Below are positions 50,685 through 61,837 of a stretch of 64,000 nt of DNA, in pieces. The DNA is from Phoronis australis (taxonomy: Eukaryota > Animalia > Phoronida), in NCBI GenBank assembly GCA_002633005.1, contig NMRA01000396.1, positions 1 to 64,000 on the forward strand, written 5' to 3'. A program made the translations under genes and the position numbers. Positions within the stretch are counted from its first letter, which is position 1. Every line of letters starts with the position of its first letter. Below the pieces are notes generated by a model. It was not told the DNA's origin, made no database searches, and saw only the letters and a program-made list of their open reading frames with translations.

Positions 50685-51913
50685 TTAGAAAAAAGGTGGC
50701 TGTAAATTCCCCAAAAATGGTGCTTTGTAAGTTCCTGATATAAATATTATATACAAATCATTACTAATTACATTTAAATGGGTTACGCGTAGCTTAGATA
50801 GAAACAATGAAGTTTTTAAAGTGTTTCCAATATATGTTTTTAAAACGTAAGAGGGTAGTCTGACCTCTTAATCAAATTATGATTGTAATTTGCTGTCTCT
50901 CACAAATATTGATATTTTCTAGCATGACATCGTGATTGCTTGGGAAGAAACTATTGGTCATTTACATTAGGACATAACAATTGTAGACCAAACAGTGTGG
51001 AATAACATAAAACATTGATTAATGGGAGAACTATATTCTGTAATAGTTTCTTTAAGGATGCTATTGTATTTGGGTAGGATCTTTTGTATTCTGAAAATAA
51101 GTTTCGGACATGGGAGGTTTTGAGAGATAGATAAAAGCTGTCAATTTGGATTCATTATGCTTTTTGAGAGGTGCACTTAAGTTGACAGTTGAGTATTCCA
51201 GGTCAAAATGTATACATACTCTCCGGTCAAGTGAAATTACTGCTGTGTTTTCTAGCAATATTTTGCTCCCCAAAATTGTTTCCCCTCCTAATATATAGTA
51301 CAGCCTAACTGATATATACTCTAGACAACGAATTTAACAATTTTATGTTCTTCCACACACACAAACTTTTGTTATCTTCTTATTTTAAAACCTTTAAGTA
51401 TTTCTATATTCACAGAAAAATGTTTACAGAAATTAAATTGAAGAATATAAAAAGTGTGCATCTTGTGGAACAGTTGAAACTTTTAATCATATGTTTGTGG
51501 AATGTGGTTCTGTGAAAACTTTGTGGTGTGAAATTCGGAAAGTTCTAATTTATGTAACTACACAACACGATTTAATCTTAGAAAATGGGTTATTTTTACA
51601 GAATAATGTTGATGAAATATTTAATATATTAATGCTATATTAACTACTTGTCAGTATTTTATTCATAAATGCTCTAGAGACTAGATTATTCCTATATATT
51701 CACAGTTTCAATGTTTCTTGTGTAATTATGGTAAAGAACGACATTTACAACCCCGTAAAACTGCCTTTTGGGAAACCTTCAATACTTATGTAGATTAGAT
51801 CAACCGTGAAGTTTTATTATTTGAATATATGCGTGAGTGTATCTGTTTCATTTTCATATAACTCGTTGTTGCATATCTCAGTGTATTTAGAAATTAATTG
51901 TTTATCCAAAAAA
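50685..51913 (+). mobile_element. L1/Tx1-clade LINE 3' fragment inserted in the BEL/Pao pol
   Basis: KCASCGTVETFNHMFVECGSVKTLW (zf-RVT-type finger) at about 51452-51530; A-rich 3' end; splits the Pao frame between KRFKPL and FDNVPSSQMHHF. Confidence 0.75.
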
Positions 51914-54021
51914 CAAAGAGGTTTGAAGCGTTTGGGAACCTTGAACTTGGCTAGTTGTGAGACATCATTTATCCACTTAATCCACTCATCTGTTCTCTGT
52001 AGGAAAACAGGGTCAAACCAACCCAGTCCTCGTCGACAGAGTTCCTGCAGAAGGATCTTCGCCGGGAGTACAAACGGGGAGACCAGACCGAGAAGGCCAT
52101 TTATGTATAGCAATGACAGCCGAGACATTGCCTCTATGGGTCATTGGGCGGTATTTCACTTCAATTTTGAACTCTTCTGTGTTAGCGTTCAGCCACATAC
52201 CCCAGGCTTTTTCTTTCGGTAAGTCACTTAAGGTTAGATCCTTTACGTCTCCAGCACGTTTACGGACAGGAACACTTTCAATTACATCTCTGGAGTTTGA
52301 CATCCACTTTGTTGTCCTCAATCTGCCCTGACGTAGAAGGTCGGTAACATTACGATTAACAGTTGTAGTGCTCATTTGCCAGCTTCTCCGAAGGTTCTAT
52401 TACGTGCAAAGCCCTAACCTCATCTACCGACATAACTGTGTCCTCTTTGTCATACTTCAGGACATTAAACTCAATATTGCAGTATTGACTGAACTGCGTA
52501 GACAAAGCCTCATTTGTGAGGATGTCATTGGCCCTGTAGTGACCTTCCTCTCGTCCATGGGTTCGGTTGACGGTCCAGCCAAACATAATTCTAACCGGGA
52601 ATGGACCTCCTCCGTGCGTGGACCTTATGACTGCCAGCGGTTGGATAGATCAACTGTGGTTACTGCCGATTAGCAGGCCAACTGCAACGTTGATCTTGGG
52701 CAATTGCAGATGTAGCAGTTTAAACCAGCTTGCCAAGTCTTGTTGGTTGGGTGTGTCAGAAAGGGAGACTGGGAGTGCAGGATCTGTCAATAAATTCGGC
52801 AAATGTAGCATATCATTCTCATCCAGCTCTACAATCAAGCTTTTCATTGGTCTTTGACATAGGCGTCAAACTGATGTTTGGTTGTTCGGTCATATAAATA
52901 ATCAGCTTCTTTACTAGCGTTAGTGCAGAATGATGCAGTGGATCTATTGTCTAGGAATGCTTAGGCCATCACTGTACGGCACCACCTTTAACCTTGATGG
53001 GTACAATGGCCAATTCAGCAAATTCCCCAGTCGTTCGTAAGTAGCCGTTTTTAGTTCTCATTTGGACAGCAGCACTGTCCTGATTTTGTTATGAACCTGC
53101 TGGTGGCGTTGATGTTTCGTAGGAATGCAACAGTATGTTGGGCCATTTAGTGCCAACTTTGAAGCGGACTGTGCTTCTACTTTCTTCTGATCTGTGATTC
53201 ATCTTCAGACAGTTGAAACACCACCCTCTTTCCTGAATCATCTTTTGTCTGCTTGCAAGACTTATCGACTGAAAAGAAAGACACTGGTCAAGGAAATGAA
53301 CCTTCTGGCAGACTGGACATGACAAATTATTGCCAAATGATTTGGCTGTGTTTGGGGTGGGAGCTTTGGCAGGCGTATGCTTTCCCGAGATCTCTCTGAA
53401 AACTGGGTGTATCAGCCCTCGAACCTCTCTGCTTACAAACCCATGATTATTTTCCAAAGTACGCTGTCTCAATAGTGAAGTGATAATATTTTCGAACGCC
53501 CGTACTGGGTCGGACCACCGTCAAATCGATACACATAAGATTTTGTTAATGTTGTGCTACCAAAAATTTGCATCATACTCTGTTTTTCTTATTCGTTGCT
53601 CTCGTTTTTACTGCTTTCTTGCGGGGTTCATGTTTGTCAGCTGCCGATTCACCATCAGAACCATCTTGGACTGGTTGCTTCGCAAGGCAGGTTTCTGCTC
53701 TTTTCTGAAATGTCACGACTTTAGTCTCTTTTTCTTCTAAACCTTCAAAGAGATCTTCAACTTCAGACTGCTTCTAAAATGCTTTAATTATTTCTTTCTA
53801 ACAATATTCATACGTGTTCCAAATATGCTTTAAACCGTGCAGTTTTTACTTAACTTCAGTTGTAGACATTTCATCTTACATGGCATGACGTACTTCATTT
53901 CTACTCACCAACAACGCTTCTTCTAGCTCCTTCAGTTTTTGTCTTGTCAGTGGAACTTTACCTTCCTGGTGAATCTTAGAGGCTAGTAACGCCCAAATTT
54001 TTTAGTAACTTGATCTTTATC

Positions 54022-54281
54022 TGTATTGTCTAAGCGCCTTCACGACAATGAACATAGTCCACACGCCTTCACAACAATGGGTTTAGACGTGTCTCAGACT
54101 TAAAAAAACCGTAACGTGATCAAAATTAACATATTTTGTCAAACAACTTTTTGATCACATTGTCTTTGCGTCCTCATTAAAAAATCCTCCAGATGGTAGT
54201 CCAGTAAGTCACTTGCAAGAATCGCCACAAGTTGACAGCACATTACGGTATAATAACTTAAGTGGCAGAAAGGCCTCTACA
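54022..54281 (-). repeat. 5' LTR of the BEL/Pao element
   Basis: Shares cggtataataacttaagtggcagaaaggcctctaca exactly with the other LTR; remainder clearly diverged. Confidence 0.85.
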
Positions 54282-54304
54282 GTCCCCACTCAGAATTTCT
54301 TAGG

Positions 54305-54680
54305 GTGAATACTGTTCCTGCAGTTTTTCTGGATCAACCTTCTGCGTTTGATATGGTGCAACATGATGTGCCATTCGAACTTCGTAAGTATGAGATAGGT
54401 GAAACAGTCTATCTTTTATATAAAGTCTATGGAGTTCGTATAGATGAATCGCCATTTGGATACGTCAATGCTGGTGTACCACAAGGCAGTGTCTTGGGAC
54501 CGTTGCTTTTTCTACTATTTGCTAATGACCTACTTGATGGACTGTAATCTAAGATGTTTTTAAATTCTTATCCAAAAAACAAAACCAAAAAAGTAGCCTC
54601 AGTCTTTACAAAGGGACCTTAATTTTCTGTTTGATTGGGCAACAAAACGTCGTATGGAGTTTAAAGTGTCCAAAAGTTAC
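54305..54680 (+). mobile_element. CR1/L2-type LINE RT fragment
   Basis: AVFLDQPSAFDMVQH, GVPQGSVLGPLLFLLFANDL, LQRDLNFLFDWA..MEFKVSK. Confidence 0.85.
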
Positions 54681-55244
54681 GCCATAATGTTTTCGCAAAA
54701 TCAAATACCTGTACTACATATTCGTATCTCCCCCGCCGCCCGCTGGGACGGTCACGAATACAAACTTTAAATGACATCGAAACTATGAAACATTGGGATT
54801 TGTCGAAAGATGCCTTCCGTAGCGTACGTATGCTAGACCAACAAGGCCGCGTGGAGAGGGAAAAAGACGACAATGGCCAATCCGAATAACGAGCGGAAAT
54901 CACTTTTTGATCCATCAGCATACTGAATTTTTATAAATATACCTTAAAGTCCTGGTCTCACACGTTGTTAACCCTTATTACATGGTTAGAGGATGTTATA
55001 AGGATCCAACAAGAACCTACCCTATAACTAATAGACGATCCGTACGCGAAAAAAGTTTAAATGAACGCGCCAATCACGATTTGCACCCGAAGAACCACCG
55101 CCATTTTGAACTTACCGCGAACCCGGAAGTACAATTCATTCAGGAACCCAGGCTAAGAAAACGCCGTCAGTGCGACCGGAGCAGTGCCTGTTACCAGCCT
55201 GCAAACGGGGATAAAATAATTATAAAAAAAATAATTGAAGGCGG

Positions 55245-55450
55245 TCTGATACACGTTGTACCAGACGTGCGCAGGCCTCGCATGTGGGCCCATTCCACTG
55301 ATCACCTGGAAATATTTTTATGCTTTATTAAAATATGGTTAAAACCGAGCTGAGGAGCTAGAAACCTGGCTCAAGGGTTTAGCGGTGTGACCTGGTTGGA
55401 CTTGAACCCACGACCTCGAGTAAAGAAAGCGGGCACTTATCAACCAGCCC
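55245..55450 (-). mobile_element. tRNA-derived SINE, copy 2
   Basis: Aligns with 2375-2588; minus-strand B box GGTTCAAGTCC. Confidence 0.7.
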
Positions 55451-57659
55451 TTAGGTTAGCTGGCCTCAATCAGTGCCAGGTATCAGTATGAAGACTATCG
55501 TCAAAATACAGCTTGTTAGTAGGCCTATACTGCTTTGTGCCAAGGCACCAAGCCTAAAACATGGGGGCTGTAATTTTTGGGAATGTCTACCTTTTACTAT
55601 AAGATTCACTGGGTAAATTAAGAGCTATGAATTGCAGACGCTAAATTTTGGTACTTCCTGTCTTCCAGTAGACTTTTTCTCGTTCTCTACTTTTTTCGGA
55701 GTTCGTGCTTCTCTGACTGAGGCAAACCTTTTTCCATTTCTCCAAGTAGGGGGCTTGTTCGAGCACATAAGTATGACAAGTCCAATACAAAATGTTATAA
55801 TTTTTTATTCATTAAGCCAAAATCATTCAACCTTTTACCATAATAAGTAACTTAAAATGTACAATACGTTACAACATTTAAGCATTACAAACACTGTCAA
55901 ACAGCACAAGTTTCCATGATATGAAAGTGCACATACAAGTAACTATTACCATGGTGACCGAATAGTGTTTTCTTACACTATACATATAATTTGAAAAGCA
56001 TAATAATGAAGTTCCAAGGAACAAGAATTGGAGGCTTGGAGCTTCAGAATCCGACATAGCTTATTTCTCAAATTAAGGTTATAACTTGAATTACGAAGCA
56101 ATAAGTTACAAAACATGACTTGAAAGCAATTGAGACTTAAAATTTAGAAAAATATGAGTCATTTTGTGACACCTAATCAAGCCTTGAACAGCAGTTGACA
56201 GTCAAACAAAAAAACATTTCAAAATTATTTCAACTATTTTTTATAGCTTAGTGTAAGATCTCCTGAATGGGAAATTCACAGTAAAATAATTCGAATATAT
56301 CTTATATTTTTAAACAAAAAACACGAAAATTGAACAAAGTTCTTTTTTTGTAGCAACGTTTGTCAAAATGTATCAACGTTAAGTCTTTAAAAATTACAAA
56401 GTAACAAGTTGAACATGCCTTCCAGTTCAGCATAAGTCGCCGTGTTGTCGGTGCCGCCAGAAATGAGACGAAATCCAACGGGAATTGTGAGCACATTCAT
56501 CACTTAATGAGAAGCTGAAATTTGGTGAACACTGTTGAATCGTGTATGATAGTAAGTAAAAAAATGTTTCACTAAATTTCACCGTAATTGGTTGGCGAAA
56601 GCAATTTACACAAAGTTTTCAACTCGTAACTTATCCCGCTGTCCTCCAATATGGCCGACTCGATCCATACGAAGTGACCTAAATTTCGCCACAAAATTGC
56701 AATAACTTTACACTGCTTGCCCCATATTTTGACACTTTTTGATTTTTACTGAGTATAATGCACCACCTTCCCGATGATAGCGAAGTACTTTTTCAAAACG
56801 AGAAAAAAATCAAATCGCAAAAAAAATTGGTTCGCCTCATATTGGTTCCTAGGTTCGACGGCCCTTCGCAAGGAACTAAACACCATGCTGTTTTAACATA
56901 ATAAGTACACGTAACATTCCAAAAAAATTCAACGGCCACAAACTACAGTATATAAATACACTACATATGCAAAGGAATCACGAGATATTACTACTAAAAC
57001 AAAATAATGAAGACCTTTCGAGCAAGCGATAGAACATTCAGTTACAAGGAAAAAATGGCGGCGTTCAGGACAAGTTCCTGAACTGATGAGCCGGCAATTT
57101 GGGTACGGAAATAATCGATGACAACCGGTAATTATACGCTCACAGACAAGGGTCAACTACTGCTAAAATCGCTTTTGGCAATAAAGGCGAAAAGAACATA
57201 AAAAAGGGTGCCGAAAATAAGATTTTATTTAGTAAATATTTTCGGATACTGGAACCACATGGGCAGTTTGAGATAGGACTTTAAGCAACACAGTAGGCCC
57301 TTGGCAAGAAAGCAATCAAGGGAAGAGGAGTGATCAGAAAATTACGTAGAACTTGAGCGGTAGCGGAAAACAATGGAATACGTCAGAAACTCCAGGTGGT
57401 ACATGTATATCTACACACCAATTGTTTGAGCATTTCCTTGAAAATATGCCTACCGCAACGCCATTCATAGTGCGATTTCGACCAAAATTAGGCCTCCAGT
57501 ACTTAATGACATAAATCTTGTGCATAAATTTTTATTTTAGTGACATTTTCGGATGGCGAACTCACCCTGTTTTCTAAATTAATGAATTTAACGGAAAGGG
57601 TATTTTTAATAGTTGCGACGTGTGATTGCCTAATTTTCTCAATGTTGGAGATTAAAACT

Positions 57660-58190
57660 AAGTATAAATATGACACAAATTACTAAGTGTCAATATTCAG
57701 TTGATCAAACCAAAATTTCATCTTTTTGAGTCATTCTTGATGATCTAAGTCGTCATTGGCATACGAGAATAATTATATACAAATTAATTTCCATAACCTT
57801 GACATACAGTTAAGAGGTTACTCGCCAATTGCATAACTGGTGTGTGAGAAAAAAAGATATTTCAAACAGTTTTGAAATGTATGGATGCTTATCAAGTCAA
57901 GTCAGTGTCAACAAGCATGTAGATAGCATAATTACAAGCCTCCTGCAACTTCAAACAGAACATTCAATTATTTTCAGATTAGTTTACGGATGTCATTGTT
58001 TAATCAAGCACAGAAAATAAGGAAGTTATTGTTGCCGGCGATCTCAACAATGACCTACGATAAATTACTGATGACCGAAAGATTTCTTTGACATCTGTCT
58101 TGTTTCCACTTCAAACAAAGATCACGTAGACTATCAGACTCAATGAAATGTCAACATTTCTACTTGATTACACGTATTCAACATCCAAAG
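57660..58190 (+). mobile_element. LINE AP-endonuclease remnant
   Basis: KLLSVNIQ, EVIVAGDLNNDL and STFLLDY motifs in broken frames. Confidence 0.6.
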
Positions 58191-58216
58191 ACGCCACAAA
58201 GATATGCCTTATTGGC

Positions 58217-58565
58217 ATATATTTATGGTGTCGGCCCGCTGTCCCTGATCCTTTCATTCATGGTGCCAATCCGATGTCCCTGGTTCTTATATTTATGGTG
58301 TCTGCCCGTTGTCCCTGGTCCTTATATTTATGATGTACGCCCGCTGTCAGTGATCCTTATATTTATGGTATCGACCCGTTGTCCCTGGTCCTTATATTTT
58401 TGGTGTCGGTTCGCTGTCAGTGGTCATTATATTTATGGCGTCCTCCCGCTGTCCCTGGTTTTTAAATTAATGGTGTAGACCCGCTCTGCCTGGTCTTTAT
58501 GATAATGGTGTCCGCCCAATGTCCCTGGTCCTTATATTTATGGTGTCCGCTCACTGTCCCTCGGC
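58217..58565. repeat. 35-bp minisatellite (cttatatttatggtgtccgcccgctgtccctggtc), ~10 units
   Basis: Contiguous diverged units with no spacers. Confidence 0.95.
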
Positions 58566-58579
58566 CCTATGACCTCCAT

Positions 58580-58810
58580 CCAATGTTTCCCCGCCATTAT
58601 GTTTCCTTCTCCAATGTTCTCTCACCCCTGTGGTCCCCACCCAACTTTTGTCTCATCTCTATGCTCCCCTAAAGTTTTATCGTTCCTGCTGTGTTCCCGC
58701 GCCCCGATATTCTCATGCCCCCATTTTCGCCCGCCCCAATGTTCTCTCGTCCCCATGTTCTGGTGCCCCAATGTTCCCTCGTCCCTTTGTTCCCCATTCC
58801 GATGTTCCCT
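58580..58810. repeat. degenerate ~16-bp (ccccaatgttccc) repeat
   Basis: Recurrent atgttc/ccccat motifs directly after the 35-bp array. Confidence 0.7.
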
Positions 58811-59493
58811 ACTGCTAAGCCTAAATGTAGCAGCACCGGCAAAGCGACAAGATGCTTTACAGTCAGCTGTGATGTTTAATAACTTGTTAAGTTTGATTTC
58901 ATGATGAATTGATAAAAAGTTTGTGAAACATTCATTTCATAATAAACTATTCAATACCATCAGAAGTTCTTAAGAACTTTTTAAAAAACAATCAATTCGG
59001 GAAAATATACAATATCATGTAGTTTGAAACTTTTGATGTAAATCATTGACGTCCATCCGCGTGTCTTGAATGAATTTCTTTGTTTTCTGGGTCTGAAATG
59101 GTAATAGTGACGACAATATTTCATCCTTTGGTCACGGCACCGATGAAATAAAAATAGAACATGAGTTTGTTAGATGGCTGCCTCGCAGAACCTTAGGTTA
59201 GGATTGTGGCTGAAGTCGAGGAGACAGAGTCAGTTGATTTGCTGCGAGCTCATGCTACATATATGTTCATTTTCTTTTGCTCTATGATGTCTGCGCTGGA
59301 ATAGTAGCTTAAGGAAACGGTGTTCATTTGGCCATTTACATGTAGTTGTATGGTATTATTTGGCGATGTTCTTGATTTTATGAGGCGTTGATATGCAGTG
59401 TTACGCAGGCTGTTATCTAGAGTCTTGTGGTTCTATTCCCAGTTTATATTCTTGGTTTTGCTGTGTTCATTTGTTTATTTGATTCACGATTAT

Positions 59494-59543
59494 CAATCAC
59501 TGTTTTTACTCGCATTTAAAAATGCTAGTAAAAACAGTGATTG
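59494..59543. repeat. 50-bp near-perfect palindrome
   Basis: caatcactgtttttact-c-gcattt-aa-aaatgc-t-agtaaaaacagtgattg. Confidence 0.85.
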
Positions 59544-61436
59544 CTAACGATTCACAAGTTCATCAGTAACAACAATTTTCGGGTTAGAGCTGTTTGGGTG
59601 CATTGACGGCTCCTCAAGGTTATGCCTTACATCTCTGTGACCCGGATTCGATTTTAGTTTTTTTCAAGACACAAAGTCTTCCTTTAGTCAGTGGGCCGTG
59701 AACTATAGGAGAACATTTGATATTGTCTGTTTTTTAAATGTTTGAAAACTGTGTTTCATTAGATATGGGATGGAAATGCAATAGCATTGCATGGTTTTAA
59801 AACCACGACTCAACAGAGTGAGGTAGATGGAAGTAAGGTGCAGATGCAATTATTTGCTTTTTCAGAAAGCAATTCAGGTTACAAGGCTGTGTAGGATGAT
59901 AAAAGTCACAGATTATACCAAATAACTTTTAATTAGTGCATGGTTAAATCCTTTACTTATCATTGATTCGGCATACAGTAGCTGGACTGACTAAAATTTT
60001 GAAATTACATCTAAAAGCATGCTGCTACTCAAACTACGAGCATTTTTGGGATGAAATACTTGATTTCCATCACACATTTGTACTACATGTAATGTAATTG
60101 GTTGAAAATACCATATCAGCCCATCTGGTGTTATTCCAATGTGAAGATTGGTGGAGAAACACTAAGTTTAATTTTTTTGTTGCATCACAGATATATTGGA
60201 CACAACGATATAGCGTAGAATGCACACACGGATATTTGCTGATTAAACAGTAGATTTACAGACATACCTGCGGAGAATTTAGTACCCCTGGCACCAATGT
60301 TTTCAGGTTGGCGGACAGAAGTTGCAACGTGCGCTCGTTGTGAACATGGATAACCGCAAGCAATACTGTGGGCTACACGCTGGGACTGCACACCAACAAT
60401 AGCCCTCGCTTGTACCGTTTGGTTAACCAGAGCTTTACACTTCTCTTGGATGCCACGTCAATCGTCGCCGTCCGCAGAGACGGGCCTCGGGACATTGCTG
60501 CACACCGCATGCCTTGATATTTTCATTGGTTTCCAAATTACCTGCTTTCCCAACCAGGATTCAAGCGGTTGAGTGTTGCGACTTACCAGCTAAAAGTATC
60601 ACTGCATGTAAGCTCCACTCAAAACTGACGCTATCTCATGCTTAGTGTATGGTGCATTTCCACACACCACTTCAAAAAACTGCATTTTGTTTTAAGAAAA
60701 CAAGAGCTACTGCAACATTAACTGGTACTTTTATTTTACTCTTGTCTGAGGTGAACAGTTCTCAAAATAATCACTCGTTTAAAAAACCTCACTACTATCA
60801 ATACCTTTATAACCAATCGTGTAAAAAGTAAACTTTGACGAAAGGACTGGACGGTCGGATTGTTCGACGAAATTTTCAATTGCACTTCGAGACACTTGTA
60901 CACTCGAATCACTGTCCACAGTCCCACCTTTCAATGTTTACAGAACTCTTTGTCTTTTTTGCGTTCCCATACCAGTTGTTTCAATGAAATTTGCGTGGTT
61001 TTTCCGGAGACTTATTCCAAAAAACACCGCCTTAACTTTAAGTCATGCGCACTCCTCTGCTTTAACAATTATATTAGGAAACACTTTAAAGGAAATCTGC
61101 ACGTAAGTATTTACGTATCGTAAGTGAAGCTTTGTAAAAAAAAAAACCTACAACCAAGTCATCAAATGATTATAATGGTAAGCAAACAAACGTATACTAT
61201 TCTTTGTAACAAGTGTAAACTTAAATCTAATATTTAGAGATCTGGGTATAATGTGTAATTATGTGGCCTTTATTGCGTGTGATTTAATATACAAACATGG
61301 CCACTAACTGTTGCTGCGTTGGCCTGGCTACCAGAAGAAAATGCCAAGCAGTGATTTTAAGACTTTGAAGCAGCAAAGGTACACTGTTTCCATGCATGGT
61401 TTTCATCAGTAATAGCTGACCAAAGTAAGTGAACCC

Positions 61437-61690
61437 CAAGCGCGCAGTCAGGGGGGGGGGTCAAAGGGCGCGAACGATCCCCCATTTGGCAAAGTCGGCA
61501 AAAAGGTCCGCCTTCGACAAACAAAAAGTCCTAGAAAACGAGACAAAAGTCCAATAAACAAGCACAAACGCGCAGTTCACAATGGTGTCCCCGTTTTTTC
61601 TTTTTATTAGTCCGCTCGCTTTTTTGTTACCAAAAGGTCCACAACGTCACGAATTCGAGCCTCCCATATTGAAGGCTGGGTGCGCGCATG
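61437..61690. mobile_element. MITE with CATGCGCGCACCCAG-type termini, copy 3
   Basis: caagcgcgcagtcag ... ctgggtgcgcgcatg; flanks aaccc/taccc; about 150 bp downstream of the paralog 2 stop. Confidence 0.75.
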
Positions 61691-61837
61691 TACCCGTGAA
61701 CGCTTACATTCTAGCTCAAACCTCGGGCAAAATGTAGGCCTGCGCTAAAATGAGGAATGATAACTGTTGTGAAAGGTAGTGCTTGCCTAGGGGCGCATGT
61801 TTTGTTTCAAAAGCTGCAATAATCTGGTACCAGTTGG

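Larger units (their letters stand above)
49250..54281 (-). mobile_element. BEL/Pao LTR retrotransposon, old and internally deleted
   Basis: Gag zinc knuckles (CPVCQKVH..C, CFNCLKMNH) at 53089-53470; protease AFLDNRSTASF near 52950; RT remnant; Pao RNase H/A17 (HHFLDAAEKGYG, TIPRVELLAA, FWTD, WKHIEGKIKPGDEASRG); C-terminal WLGPQRNLQV..LARVVETYPGSDG. Integrase core missing. Confidence 0.9.

Noticed and set aside
57083-57115. CTGATGA...GAAA hammerhead candidate
   Set aside because: Stem II closing pair and stems I/III do not form.
58143-58904. 35-bp repeat as a CRISPR array, and overlapping Cys/Pro-rich ORFs
   Set aside because: Head-to-tail satellite without spacers in eukaryotic DNA; the ORFs are repeat translations.
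60268-60530. CpG-rich minus-strand exon-like stretch ending in cag|gtatgt
   Set aside because: The longest frame contains a stop and shows no recognisable homology; cannot be supported as coding.
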